DNA of 64,000 bases. It comes from Acetobacteraceae bacterium. Lineage in GTDB: Bacteria > Pseudomonadota > Alphaproteobacteria > Acetobacterales > Acetobacteraceae. This document shows positions 19,107 to 29,600 of the stretch, one piece after another (position 1 is the stretch's first letter; each line of letters starts with the position of its first letter). The stretch is from NCBI GenBank assembly GCA_027482245.1, contig JAIXWG010000030.1:7068-71067 (forward strand). The letters run 5' to 3'. The notes beneath the pieces are model-generated. The model was not told the origin of the DNA. It searched no databases and saw only the letters and a list, made by a program, of their open reading frames with translations. The translations under genes were made by a program, and so were the position numbers.

Positions 19107-19967
19107 TCACCGGAGCGCCAGGCGGCCGTTGGAGATGACCACCACGTTGCGTTCCACGACCTTCGCACGGAAGGCGGCGCCCGCCGCGTCCGGCCAGATT
19201 TCCGTGCGGATGGTCTCGCCCGGGAAGACGGGGGAGGAGAAGCGGCATTCCATCCTGCCGAAGCGCGCGGGGTCATTGCCGCAGACGAGCCGCAGCAGCG
19301 CCCGGCCGACGACGCCGAAGGTGCCGAGGCCGTGCAGGATGGGGCGCGGGAAGCCGGCCTTGGCGGCGAGCGAGGGGCTGCTGTGCAGCGGGTTGTGGTC
19401 GCCGTTCAGGCGGTAGAGCAGCGCCATCTCCGGCCGCGTCGGCAGGTCGAGCGTCAGGGCGGGCGCGCCCTCGGGCTCCGGCGCCGGCTTCTTCACGGGA
19501 CCCGTGGGGCCGCCGAAGCCGCCATCGCCGCGGAGGAAGATGGTCTGTTCCACCGTCGCCAGCTTGGTGTTGGTCGAAGCCTCGATCACCTCCCGCGCCA
19601 CATAGAGCAGCGCGCCCTTGCCCGCGCCGCGATCGACCAGGCCCGTGACGCGGGACCGGCCGATGATCTCGCCCTCCACGGGGAGCGGCGCGTGCAGCTC
19701 GACGGATTGCTCCCCCGCCACCAGGCGCACGGCGTCCACGCCGGTCGCGGGATCGGCGAGCCAGAAGCCGGGATAGCCGAGCACGACGGGGATGGTCGGC
19801 AGCGCCTGCATGGCCGCGCCCTCCGTCACGAAGCGGAGGTCGTCCTCATCCATCGGGTCCTGGCCGACGCCGAGCGAGAGCGCGTAGAGCGCCGTGTCTT
19901 GCCAGCGGAGGTGCTGGCGGATCTCGGGGATCGGGAAGTTCAGCAGGGATTCGGTGACGATGGGCAT
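19107..19967 (-). CDS. Double hot-dog MaoC-type (R)-specific enoyl-CoA hydratase
   Basis: 'LYALSLG', 'YRLNGDHNPLH', 'PILHGL', 'RFSSPVFPGET'. Confidence 0.9.
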   Translation of the reverse strand: MPIVTESLLNFPIPEIRQHLRWQDTALYALSLGVGQDPMDEDDLRFVTEGAAMQALPTIPVVLGYPGFWLADPATGVDAVRLVAGEQSVELHAPLPVEGEIIGRSRVTGLVDRGAGKGALLYVAREVIEASTNTKLATVEQTIFLRGDGGFGGPTGPVKKPAPEPEGAPALTLDLPTRPEMALLYRLNGDHNPLHSSPSLAAKAGFPRPILHGLGTFGVVGRALLRLVCGNDPARFGRMECRFSSPVFPGETIRTEIWPDAAGAAFRAKVVERNVVVISNGRLALR

Positions 19968-19969
19968 GG

Positions 19970-22111
19970 CTACGACTCGATCTCGATGACGGCGTCGGCG
20001 GCGAAGGCGCCGTCCGGGGTGACGAGCAGCGGGTTCACCTCCGCGGAGAGGAGGCGCGGGCCGGCGCCGGCGGCGAAGCGGGACAGCGCGACGAGGGCCT
20101 GCGTCAGTGCCGCGACATCCGCCTTGGGACGGCCTCGCGCGCCGTCCAGCAGCGGAAAGCCTTTCAGGGACCGGATCATCGCTTCGGCGCGCGCCGGATC
20201 GACCGGGCAGCGGGCGAAGGCCACGTCCTTGAACACTTCGATGAAGACGCCGCCGAGGCCGACCATGGCGACGGGGCCGAAGACGGGGTCGCGCACGACG
20301 CCGAGCGCCATCTCCACGCCGCCCGTCACCTGCTTCGCGACCAGCACGCCATCGATGCGGGCACCGGGCGCGCGTTCCGCCGCGCGGGCCAGCAGCGTCG
20401 CATGCGCGTCGCGCAAAGCGGCCTCGTTGGCGATGTTCAGGATGACGCCGCCGATCTCGCTCTTGTGCAGGATGTCGGGCGACAGGATTTTCGCCACCAC
20501 CGGGAAGCCGATGCGGCGGCCGGCTTCCAGCGTTTCCTCCAGCGTCACGCAGGCCGCTTCAGGCACCATCGGCACGCCGGCCTCGGCCAGGATGCGCTTG
20601 GCCTCGGCCTCATTCGGCGCGGTGGCGGGCAGCGCGACGGGCGCGGGCGCCGCCGCCGGGGGCGGAGCCTGCGAAAATGCGTCGCCGAAGCGGCCCATGG
20701 CGGCCAGCGCGACGACGGCGCGGGAGGGGTCCTCGATGCAGAGGAAGCCATCGGCCTCCCATTCCCGCACGCGATCCGTATTCGCCAGGATGGACAGCAC
20801 GAAGAGCCGGTCCGGGTGCCGGTCCAGCACCTTCTTGAGTTCGGCCCGCAGCCGCGGCGCCATGGACGGCGTGCCGCCCCAGGCCGTGAAGAAGGCGATG
20901 ACGCTCTGGTAGCCGCCATCAGTGACCATGCTCTCGGCGAAGCTGCCGATCACGCTCATGTCGTTGAAGGCCTGCGCGGTGCAGTCCACCGGATTGAGCG
21001 GCGAGGCGAAGGGCACCAGCTTCTTCAGCGCCACCTGCGCCGCTTCCGGCATGGGCGGCATGGGCAGCCCCGCGGCCTCCGCGGCATCCGACATCAGCAC
21101 CCCCGCGCCGCCGGAGATGGTGACGACGCCGAGCGTGTTGCCCGCGGGGTAGATGCGCTTCTGCGCGACGTAGCAGACGTCCAGCAATTCCTCGGTCGTC
21201 CGCGCGCGATGGACGCCGTACTCGGCCAGGATCGCGTCCATCACCCGGTCATCGCCGGCGATGGAGGCGGTGTGGGATTGCGCGGCGGCCTGGCCGAGCG
21301 CGCTGCGGCCGACCTTCATCATCACCACCGGCTTGCGCGCGGCGCGCGCGGCCTCCAGCGCCGCGATGAAGCGCGGGCCGTCCTTGATGCCCTCCGCATA
21401 GGCGGCGATGACCGCCACCTCCTCGCTTTCCGCCATCCAGCCGATGATGTCGGCCAGGTTGGTGTCGGCCTCGTTCCCCGTCGTCACCAGCACGGGCGTG
21501 CCGATGCCGCGGTCCCGCGCGGCGGCAAACAGGTGGCTGCCATAGGCGCCGGACTGGGACGCGATGCCGACGGCGCCCGGCAACGGCCAGCCGCCCTCGA
21601 AGCTCGCGGAGAAGATCGGGTAGTAGCCGAGCGCGGCGTTGAACAGGCCGAGGCAGTTGGGCCCGACCAGCCGCATCCCGTGACGGCGCGCAGCGGCGAC
21701 GAGTCGCGCCTGCATGGCGGCACCCGCCTCCCCCACCTCCGCAAAGCCCGCGGTGAAGACGATGGCGGCGCCGCAGCCCCGGGCGCCGAGATCCTCCACC
21801 GCCTGGATCGCGCCCTCCCCGGGGATGGCGACGATGGCGGCGTCCGGCGTCGTCGGCAGGTCGGCGATGGAGGGGAAGGCCTGCAGGCCCTGGACGGTCG
21901 GCCGGTTCGGGTTCACCGGCATCAGCGGCCCGGCGAAGCCGCGCGCCTTCATGTAGGCGATGGGCCGGCCGCCGATGCGCACCGGATCATCCGACGCGCC
22001 GATGACGGCGACGGCCTGCGGCCGCAGCAGCCGGTCGAGATCCTTGAAGGACAGGTTTGCCTCCCCTGGGCCAATCGGCCGCAGGGTGGGGGAGCGGTGC
22101 GAAGGGGACAA
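19970..22111 (-). CDS. Acetate--CoA ligase family (NDP-forming acyl-CoA synthetase, fused alpha/beta)
   Basis: 'AVAVIGAS', 'GPNCLG', 'SQSG', 'SHT', 'NPVD', 'HKSEIGGV', 'DPVFGP'; start codon uncertain. Confidence 0.9.
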   Translation of the reverse strand: MSPSHRSPTLRPIGPGEANLSFKDLDRLLRPQAVAVIGASDDPVRIGGRPIAYMKARGFAGPLMPVNPNRPTVQGLQAFPSIADLPTTPDAAIVAIPGEGAIQAVEDLGARGCGAAIVFTAGFAEVGEAGAAMQARLVAAARRHGMRLVGPNCLGLFNAALGYYPIFSASFEGGWPLPGAVGIASQSGAYGSHLFAAARDRGIGTPVLVTTGNEADTNLADIIGWMAESEEVAVIAAYAEGIKDGPRFIAALEAARAARKPVVMMKVGRSALGQAAAQSHTASIAGDDRVMDAILAEYGVHRARTTEELLDVCYVAQKRIYPAGNTLGVVTISGGAGVLMSDAAEAAGLPMPPMPEAAQVALKKLVPFASPLNPVDCTAQAFNDMSVIGSFAESMVTDGGYQSVIAFFTAWGGTPSMAPRLRAELKKVLDRHPDRLFVLSILANTDRVREWEADGFLCIEDPSRAVVALAAMGRFGDAFSQAPPPAAAPAPVALPATAPNEAEAKRILAEAGVPMVPEAACVTLEETLEAGRRIGFPVVAKILSPDILHKSEIGGVILNIANEAALRDAHATLLARAAERAPGARIDGVLVAKQVTGGVEMALGVVRDPVFGPVAMVGLGGVFIEVFKDVAFARCPVDPARAEAMIRSLKGFPLLDGARGRPKADVAALTQALVALSRFAAGAGPRLLSAEVNPLLVTPDGAFAADAVIEIES

Positions 22112-22135
22112 GACCCGGGCCCCAGGCCCGGGCCG

Positions 22136-22444
22136 TCAGCGGATCAGCAGCGCGATCGCGACGATGAACAGGCTGAGCACCGCCAGCGCCTTGACCGCGG
22201 TCATCAGGTCGCTGGACTTGCCGCGGCTTTCCTCATCCTCGCTGTCCCAGCCCGAGGAGATGACGGGATAGGCCGGGCGTTCCGGGGCCTTGGGGGGGTC
22301 CTTGGGCGGCACCTGTTCGGTGGCCAGGGATCGGGGAGCCGGACGGACCGGCGCGCGTGCCGCCGGACCCTCGGCCAGGTCGGCCGGGGGACGGAGGCCG
22401 AGCAGGGTGGGGGAACCCTGCCGTGGGTGAGCTTCCATCGCCAT
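22136..22444 (-). CDS. Hypothetical protein, Pro-rich with C-terminal TM helix
   Basis: ORF fills gap; C-terminal 'ALAVLSLFIVAIALLIR'; TATAAT 6 nt upstream of ATG. Confidence 0.6.
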   Translation of the reverse strand: MAMEAHPRQGSPTLLGLRPPADLAEGPAARAPVRPAPRSLATEQVPPKDPPKAPERPAYPVISSGWDSEDEESRGKSSDLMTAVKALAVLSLFIVAIALLIR

Positions 22445-22596
22445 GTCACCATTATAAACATTTTGACGAATCATTCCACCCGGCAATCGTAGCCCGCGTC
22501 ATTTTTTCGACCCCGGGATCGTGATCCGAGGCAGGACAGCACAACTTCGACGGGCATCCCGGCACGGGGCGGCGCGCGGCGGTGATCATGACCAAT

Positions 22597-22635
22597 AAGA
22601 ATCGCGGCCCGTCGCCAGCGACGGGCCGCGTTCTT
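22597..22635 (-). terminator. Intrinsic terminator downstream of the SLT-SPOR gene (possibly bidirectional)
   Basis: CGCGGCCCGTCG-ccag-CGACGGGCCGCG stem flanked by AAGAA/TTCTT. Confidence 0.7.
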
Positions 22636-22679
22636 CCGGTCTCGCAGGGATGGCCGGGGCGGGGCGCGCCCCGGCGCCG

Positions 22680-24077
22680 TCAGGCGCCTGGCGCCACGAT
22701 CATGCAGGCGCCGCGGCTGCGCAGCCTCTCGCAGGCCTGCTCCGCCGCCCCGCGCGTGGACAGGCCGGTGACGCGGGCGCGGAACAGCGCGCCGCGCCCC
22801 TGGCCGGAGGGCTCCACCAGGGCACGCGTGCCGTTGGCGGCGACCTGGTCCCGCGCCTGTCCAGCGGCGGCACGGGCCAGGTTCTCCGACGCGAAGGCGC
22901 CGACCTGGATGCCCCAGGCGCCGCCACCCGCCGGCGCCGCCGCGGGCGCCGGGCGCGGGACGACGGGCAGGGTGCCCGCATGCGCCTGCGGGATCAGGGA
23001 GAAGCCGCGCGTCGCGGGCACCGGCGCCGCGGCCAGGGCGATGGGCGCGCGGGCGGGGGTCGGCGCCGGCGGCGGGGCCAGGGACTCGGTGCGGATCGGG
23101 GCCACGCCGGGGTCGCCGGCGCTGGCCACCGGGTCCATGCGGGTCACGCGGTCGCCGGGGCTCTCGATCGGCTCCATGCGGGTCTGGAAATCGCCGGGGC
23201 TGGCGATGGGCGCCATCGCCACAACGCTGCCCGCGCTGGCGGGCGCCACGACGCTGCCGATCGAGGCGACCTGCGTGCGGGGCGCGGGCGGCGGCGGCGG
23301 GCTGAAGGAGGCGAAGCTGGTGCTGCCGTCCGGGATTGGCTCCATCCGCACCACCGGGCCGGCGGGCAGCTGCGCCACCTGCACGCCCGGATCCACCGCG
23401 CGGCGCTGTTCGCGCAGCGCCAGCATGGTGGCGGCATCGCCCCGGCGCGGGCCGGGCGGGATGTCGAGCGGGATCTCGGCCGCCGCATAGACCTCCGGCG
23501 CCGCGCGCCGGGTGGGGTGGGCGCCGGCGATGCGCGGCCCGATGCGGGCGACGTAGTTGCGCGTCTCGTTCGGCAGGCCGCGGCCGCCCCAGAGGTAGTC
23601 CTCCAGCCGGCGCGGGCCCGCATTGTAGGCGGCCAGGAAGGCCGGCGCGCCATACAGCTCATACATCTCCCGCACATAGGCGGTGCCGGCCATCAGGTTG
23701 TCCCAGGGGTGGTAGGGATCCGGGCCGAGCCCGTAGCGGGCCTGCAATTCGCGGTAGGTGCCGGGCATGACCTGCATCAGGCCCATGGCCCCGACTCGGG
23801 AGGTGGCGGCGACGCGGCCGGCGGATTCCTGGCGCATCACCTCCCGGATCCAGCGTTCCGGCACGTCGAAGCGGCGGGAGGCGGCAGAGATGTAGGGGCC
23901 CCATGGATCATGCGCCGGGCCGGGCGGATCATAGGAGCTGGGCCGGGCCCATTCGCCGGATGCCGAGGCCGCGTGGGTCACGGGCCTTTGCGGGGATTGC
24001 CCGCAGGCGGCCAGCGCCCCCACCAGCAGGCACGCGGCCAACGGGCGAACCAGGCCCGCAGCGCTGAACCCGACCAT
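22680..24077 (-). CDS. Lytic transglycosylase (SLT) lipoprotein with C-terminal SPOR domain
   Basis: Lipobox LAAC; 'RQES', 'GAMGLMQVMP', 'AAYNAGP', 'ETRNYV'; SPOR 'WGIQVGAF...LFRARV..AC'. Confidence 0.92.
   Translation of the reverse strand: MVGFSAAGLVRPLAACLLVGALAACGQSPQRPVTHAASASGEWARPSSYDPPGPAHDPWGPYISAASRRFDVPERWIREVMRQESAGRVAATSRVGAMGLMQVMPGTYRELQARYGLGPDPYHPWDNLMAGTAYVREMYELYGAPAFLAAYNAGPRRLEDYLWGGRGLPNETRNYVARIGPRIAGAHPTRRAAPEVYAAAEIPLDIPPGPRRGDAATMLALREQRRAVDPGVQVAQLPAGPVVRMEPIPDGSTSFASFSPPPPPAPRTQVASIGSVVAPASAGSVVAMAPIASPGDFQTRMEPIESPGDRVTRMDPVASAGDPGVAPIRTESLAPPPAPTPARAPIALAAAPVPATRGFSLIPQAHAGTLPVVPRPAPAAAPAGGGAWGIQVGAFASENLARAAAGQARDQVAANGTRALVEPSGQGRGALFRARVTGLSTRGAAEQACERLRSRGACMIVAPGA
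23113..23216 (-). repeat. Three imperfect 39-nt (13-aa) tandem repeats in the SLT-SPOR linker
   Basis: TCGCCGG at 23113/23152/23191; peptides MAPIASPGD, MEPIESPGD, MDPVASAGD. Confidence 0.7.
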
Positions 24078-24456
24078 GCCTTGCTCTCCGTCCGTTGACG
24101 GAACCGGAGTCCCCGAGGCCCGCCCCCCCGGCCGGCACACCGCCCCCGCGATGCAACCCGGCCCAGGCCAACCCCCGATACCCGTCCCGTTCGTTCAAGC
24201 CGTCCCGCACCGGGTGGCCTTGCGGCCATCTGGCATGGGGTTCGTGAAGGAACGCCAAAAAATTCGGCGAGGGCAAGGCCTACCGCAGCCCGGTGGGCAG
24301 AGGCAAGGACGAGATCAAGGCAATGCATGCCGTGTTGCGGCCACGGTAACAGTTGAAACAGCACGCAATCATCCAGGGCGGGCATTCCGGCCCGGGATGC
24401 GCTACCTGTTCACCGACCGCGTCGCTTGGCGACGAACCATCACGAAGGGCATCCCG

Positions 24457-24984
24457 ATGCGCCTGAACCACCGCCTGATCCCTGCTGTTGCCGCGCTTGC
24501 CCTGCTGGCCGCGGTGCCGGCCTGCGCGCCCGCCAATACGGGCACGACCTATTCCGCCGGCGCGCTGGGCGGTGCCGCCTATGTGAACTACGGCACCATC
24601 GTCGGCACCCGCCCTGTGACCGTCGCGGGCAGCCAGTCCGGCGTCGGCACCGTAGGTGGCGCGGTGGCGGGCGGCCTGGCGGGCAGCTTCATCGGCGGCG
24701 ACTGGCGGTCCAACGCCATCGCGGGCGTCGGCGGCGCCATCCTGGGCGGCCTGGCCGGCACGGCGATCGAGCGTGGCGTGACCCAGGGCAACGCCGTGGA
24801 ATTCATCGTCCGCCAGGATCGCGGCGGCGACATCGCCGTGGTCCAGACGAATGAGGAAGGGCTGCAGGCCGGTGACCGGGTCGTGATCACGCGGGGCGAC
24901 CGCGTGCGCCTGTCCCGCGCCGCGGGCGGCCCGGTGCCGCCGATGACGCAGCCCATGGGCCAGCCCGCCAGCCTGAGCAAGTAA
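24457..24984 (+). CDS. slyB: Glycine-zipper 2TM outer-membrane lipoprotein (SlyB/Pcp-like)
   Basis: Lipoprotein signal ending VPAC; 'GTVGGAVAGGLAGSFIGGD...GGAILGGLAG'; 'VVQ...GDRV'. Confidence 0.8.
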   Translation: MRLNHRLIPAVAALALLAAVPACAPANTGTTYSAGALGGAAYVNYGTIVGTRPVTVAGSQSGVGTVGGAVAGGLAGSFIGGDWRSNAIAGVGGAILGGLAGTAIERGVTQGNAVEFIVRQDRGGDIAVVQTNEEGLQAGDRVVITRGDRVRLSRAAGGPVPPMTQPMGQPASLSK

Positions 24985-25034
24985 CGCGCGGCGCCTCCTC
25001 TGGCCCGCCCTGGATGGGCGGGCTATGAGGCGGC

Positions 25035-25877
25035 ATGCTCGACCGAACCGCGGCGGCGACGCCGGCCTATATCGTCGATGCGTCGGACCCGCAGCACCTG
25101 CGCCGCGCCATCGCCGACCTGACCACCGGCTTCAGCCGCTGGCGGCTGGCCCGTGCGCTCGCCTGGCTCGACCTCCGCAACCGCTACCGCGGCTCGGTCC
25201 TCGGCCCCTTCTGGCTGACGCTGTCCACGGCGGCCATGCTGCTCGGCCTCGGCGTGCTCTACGCGGCACTGTTCAAGATGTCGCTCGGCGAATACCTGCC
25301 GCACCTCGCGGTCAGCCTGGTGATCTGGAACGCCATCGCGCAGATGGTGAACGAGGCCACGAACAGCTTGACGGCGTCGGAGGGCATCATCCGCCAGATG
25401 CCCCTGCCCTACACCGTGCACGCGCTGCGCTGCGTGATGCGCAACGGGCTGGTGGCGGCGCACAACCTGCCGCTGATCGCCGTCGTCTTCCTGGCCTGCG
25501 GCCACATCCCGGGGCCGGAGGCGCTGCTGGCCATCCCGGGCTTCATCCTGATCGCGATCAATTCCTTCGCCGCGGCCCTGCTGCTTGGCATGATCTGCGC
25601 GCGGTTCCGCGACATCGGCCCGATCGTCGCCAGCGTGATGCAGCTGGCCTTCTTCCTGACGCCCATCCTGTGGAAGCCCCGGCTGCTCGGGCATTGGGAG
25701 GTGCTGATGCCCCTCAATCCCTTCTACGCGGTGCTGGAGACGGTGCGCGGGCCGCTGGTCGAGGGCGGGGGGCCGATGCTCGCCTGGATCGCGGCGGTGG
25801 GCTACACGATCCTGCTGGTCGGCATCGCCGGCGCCTTCTTCGTCCGCTTCCGCGGCCGCGTGGCCTTCTGGGTCTGA
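25035..25877 (+). CDS. wzm: Polysaccharide ABC-2 exporter permease
   Basis: 'RYRGSVLGPFW', 'RFRDI', 'FFLTPILW', 'NPF'. Confidence 0.92.
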   Translation: MLDRTAAATPAYIVDASDPQHLRRAIADLTTGFSRWRLARALAWLDLRNRYRGSVLGPFWLTLSTAAMLLGLGVLYAALFKMSLGEYLPHLAVSLVIWNAIAQMVNEATNSLTASEGIIRQMPLPYTVHALRCVMRNGLVAAHNLPLIAVVFLACGHIPGPEALLAIPGFILIAINSFAAALLLGMICARFRDIGPIVASVMQLAFFLTPILWKPRLLGHWEVLMPLNPFYAVLETVRGPLVEGGGPMLAWIAAVGYTILLVGIAGAFFVRFRGRVAFWV

Positions 25878-25883
25878 CCGCAC

Positions 25884-26615
25884 ATGGCGCTGATCGAGGC
25901 TTCGGGGCTCTGCCTCGACTTTCCCTTCTACCATCTGGGTGCGCGGTCGCTGAAGAAGCGGCTGCTGCGTGGCGCCCGGCTGCACACGGATGATTCCAAC
26001 CGCGTGGTGGTGACGGCGCTGCGCAACCTCAGCTTCCGCATCACGACCGGGGAGCGTGTGGCCCTGGTCGGCCCGAACGGCGCGGGCAAGACGACGCTGC
26101 TGCGGACGCTGGCCGGCGTCTATGAACCCGTGCAGGGGCGCATCGGGGTCGAGGGCCAGATCGGCGCGCTGATCGACGTCGCGGCCGGCATGGACCCGGA
26201 TTCGACGGGGCGTGAGAACGTCACGCTGCGGGGCCTCTATCGCGGCCTGTCCGATGCGGAGTGCGAGGCGCTGGTGGAGGAGGTCGCGGCCTTCTCTGGC
26301 CTCGGCGATTTCTTCGACGTGCCGATCCGCACCTATTCCGCGGGGATGGGCGTACGGCTGGCCTTCGCGCTGGCCACCGCGATGCAGCCGCAGGTGCTGC
26401 TGATGGATGAGTGGTTCCTGGCCGGCGACGCCGCCTTCATGGCGAAGGCGGAGGAGCGGCTGGCCCGGCTGGTCGGCGGCGCCGACATCCTGGTGATCGC
26501 GACGCATGATTTCGGCGTCGTGCGCCGCTGGTGCAACCGCGCCATCCGGATGGAGGGCGGCGTGATCATCGCCGACGGACCGGCGGAGGAGATCCTGGCG
26601 GCGATGGGGGCTTAA
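25884..26615 (+). CDS. wzt: Polysaccharide ABC exporter ATPase (no C-terminal carbohydrate-binding domain)
   Basis: 'GPNGAGKTT', 'YSAGM..RLAFA', 'LMDE...GDAAF'; 243 aa. Confidence 0.92.
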   Translation: MALIEASGLCLDFPFYHLGARSLKKRLLRGARLHTDDSNRVVVTALRNLSFRITTGERVALVGPNGAGKTTLLRTLAGVYEPVQGRIGVEGQIGALIDVAAGMDPDSTGRENVTLRGLYRGLSDAECEALVEEVAAFSGLGDFFDVPIRTYSAGMGVRLAFALATAMQPQVLLMDEWFLAGDAAFMAKAEERLARLVGGADILVIATHDFGVVRRWCNRAIRMEGGVIIADGPAEEILAAMGA

Positions 26616-26659
26616 GGGCGGGGTTCATCCCGCCCGGGTCCAGCCCGCCGGCTGCTTTC

Positions 26660-29600
26660 TCAGCCGCTCCAGCTCCACCAATGCTGCTCGTAGCGGTTGT
26701 CGTTGAAGATCTCGTACCAGGGCGCGCTCGTCAGCGTCAGCGCGGCCTGGTGCGGTGCCGGCATCTGGCGGCGCAGGCGATGGACGGCGCGGCTGCTGTG
26801 CAGCGTCATGCCGGCGCGGCCCATCGTCTCATCCGGCAGCAATTCCACCGACCGGATTTCCGCCAGGGCCTCCCGCGCCGCTTCCAGCGCACCGCGGGTG
26901 AAGGCGGGGGCATGGCCGCGCCTCATCAGGTGCAGGGCCAGCGCCTCCGCCAGGTCGAAATCCGTGCTGAGGTGCCCGCAATAGGATTTGCGGTAGGAGA
27001 AGCAGGCCCGCAGCAGCGCCGTCGCATCCTCCACCGGGCGGTGGCCGAAGGCGTAGTCCATGCCGGCCGGCGTCCGCCACAGGTACCAGGCGCGCAGATC
27101 CTCGATCTCCGCGCGGGGGTGCTGCGTGGTGCGCTCCTCCGGGTAGTTGTTGAAGACGCCCAGCATCTCCGGGACATGGACCGACCGGATATGCGGCATG
27201 ATCCGGTTCTTGAATTCCGTGTCGCCGGCAGCGCGGTAGGTCTCGTCGTACCAGCCGAAGCGTTCGTGGATGGAACGGCGATAGAGCCCGCCGACCCAGC
27301 TCAGGTAGCAGGTCTCCAGATAGACCAGGTCCTGGCTGTAGCCCGTGCGGTCATAAGGCATGACATCGGCGTCGAAGACGCCCTGCTCATCGACCGAGGT
27401 GACGACGCTGTCGGCCATCGCCCAATCGACGCCCGGATCGCGGTCCAGCGCCGCGGCGAGCTTTGTCAGCGCCTCCGGGTGCAGGCCCTCATCGGCGCCG
27501 AGGAACGACAGGTAGGGCGCGCGGGCCAGGTGGATGCCGCGGTTCCAGGCTGCCTGGATCGTCTCCCGCCCCGCGGAGCGGGCATAGACGATCGGGATGG
27601 CGGACCGGCGGGAGGCCTGCCAGCGGCGCAGCGCCGCGCCCTCATCCTTCGGTGAATTGCTGTCCACCAGGATGATCTCGAGCCCGCCGGCCTTGGCGAG
27701 GGATTGCTGCGCCAGGTTGTCGAGCAGCGTCGGCAGCTTGTCCGACGCGTTGTAGAGCGAGACGATGACGGCGACGCGCGCGACCGTGCCGGGTTTGCGC
27801 GGGTCATCGAGGATGGCGAGCGGCTGGCGCGCCTTCGCGCGATTGCGGTCGAAGGCGTCCTTCATCAGCGCGGCACAGGCGGCATCGCGCTCCGCCGGCG
27901 GCAGGCCGAACATTGCCTGCGCCGTCGCGGCCTCATGCTTGAAGCCGTTGGCGGCGAGGGTCGCGGTGACGAAGGGCAGGTCGCCGGTCCGGTCCTCCCC
28001 CAGCCAGCGGATGATGCGCAGCATGTAGGTGGCGGCGATCAGGTCGTTGCCCTGGCGGCGCTCCAGGCTGGCCAGTTCGCGGAACAGGCGGACGCGATCG
28101 ACCAGGCGCCACGGAATCTCCCGCGACAGCTCCGCGATCTTCGCCTTGATCTCGGCCGGCGTCGTCTCCGGCATGGTGAACATCGTGCGGCGGAAGCGCG
28201 GCAGGGAGGATGCGCCGACGATCTGCTGCAGGGTGCGGGGGGAGACGCCCGTCACCTCCCGCATCCGGACCTTAATGCGTTCCTTGGTGATCTCGCCCAT
28301 GCTGCCGCGGTGGCGCATGCGCCAGAGCGCGGCGGCGTTGCGCGCCAGCCTGGCCGCGGGCTTGCGCAGCGGGGCGGGCACATGCGCGGCCGCGGTGGTG
28401 GCGGTGGAGAGCCCCGTCTCCAGCGTCCGCAGCACGGCGCGGCGCGGCAGCGAGGGCTCCCGCAGGTCGGCCAGCATGGCGAAGCGGGCGGCGAGGTCCA
28501 CGACGGTCTGCCGCGCCTGCCCATCCACCGTCCCGGCCGCGTCCCAGATGCGGCCGAGCGTGCCGACATCGGCGCGCGGCGCGGCGCGGGACAGCGCGGC
28601 CAGGACCAGGCCGCGATGGCGGTCATAGTCCCGCAGCACCGCCTCCACCCGCCCCGCCGTGGTGCGGCTGCAATCCAGGGAGACGATGGACCAGGCGAGT
28701 TCGGGGATGCGGCTGCGCAGCCAATGCGCGTAGCCGGAGCGGTCGGAGGCCATGACGACGCAGCCCTGGCCGAGCGCTTCCAGCGCCGTCAGGTTGAAGG
28801 TGTCGTGGCGGGAGGGCAGCAGCAGCACGGAGCGGCCGCGGAACAGCGTGCGCAGCTCCGCGAAGGGCAGGCCGTCCACCATCTCCGGCGACAGGGCGCG
28901 GCGGCGGGCGATGCCGGCCAGCGTCTCCGCCGAGCCGATGCCCTGGCGGTTCGGGCCGTCCGGGCCGATGACGCGCAGCCGGCCGATCGCGGCGGGGTCA
29001 ACGCACCAAGCCATGTCGAGGAAGAGGTCCGGGCCCTTCCACTTCTCACGCCGCCCGACGAAGAGCAGGTCCGGCGCGCCGCCGGCCGGGGCCGCCACGG
29101 GCGTGAAGGGATCGACGATGCAGAGCGGGTCGAGGATGTTGACCGGCAGGTCCGCCACCGCCTGCCATTCGGCGGCGTAGGATTCGCTGATGGCGTAGCG
29201 CGCATCGGCGGCGCGGAACTGCAGCGCCTCCCGCTCCTGCATCTTCGCGATGACGCCATCGGCATCCGGTGCGCCGGGCCAGCCCGCGAGGAAGGCGGAG
29301 GAGAGGGTGCCATGCAGCGCGACGGCGACGGTGCCGACGGTGATGCCCTCCGCCGCCAGGGCCTGGCGGATGAAGAGGGTGTGCTGGCTGTAGTCGGGGC
29401 CATCGGCCACGTCGAAATGCCTGCGCTCGGCATGCGCGGCGGCGGAGGCCGCGAGGTTGCGGCACTCCACATACTGTTCCAGCAGGTGGCCGCCACGCTC
29501 CCGCATCTCCGGCATCACCTGCCAGGCGCGGGCATAGGGGATGGCCACCGCATTGGCGGGGCGCACGGCATCCGCGGGTTCGCGGCGGGCGAAATAGTAG

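Noticed and set aside
24141-24456. Sigma-54 promoter or riboswitch in the SLT/slyB divergent gap
   Set aside because: TGGCATG is not followed by a correctly spaced TTGC, and I recognised no riboswitch consensus.
25003-25023. 8-bp hairpin after slyB as an intrinsic terminator
   Set aside because: No U-tract and only 11 nt from the wzm start; read-through cannot be excluded.
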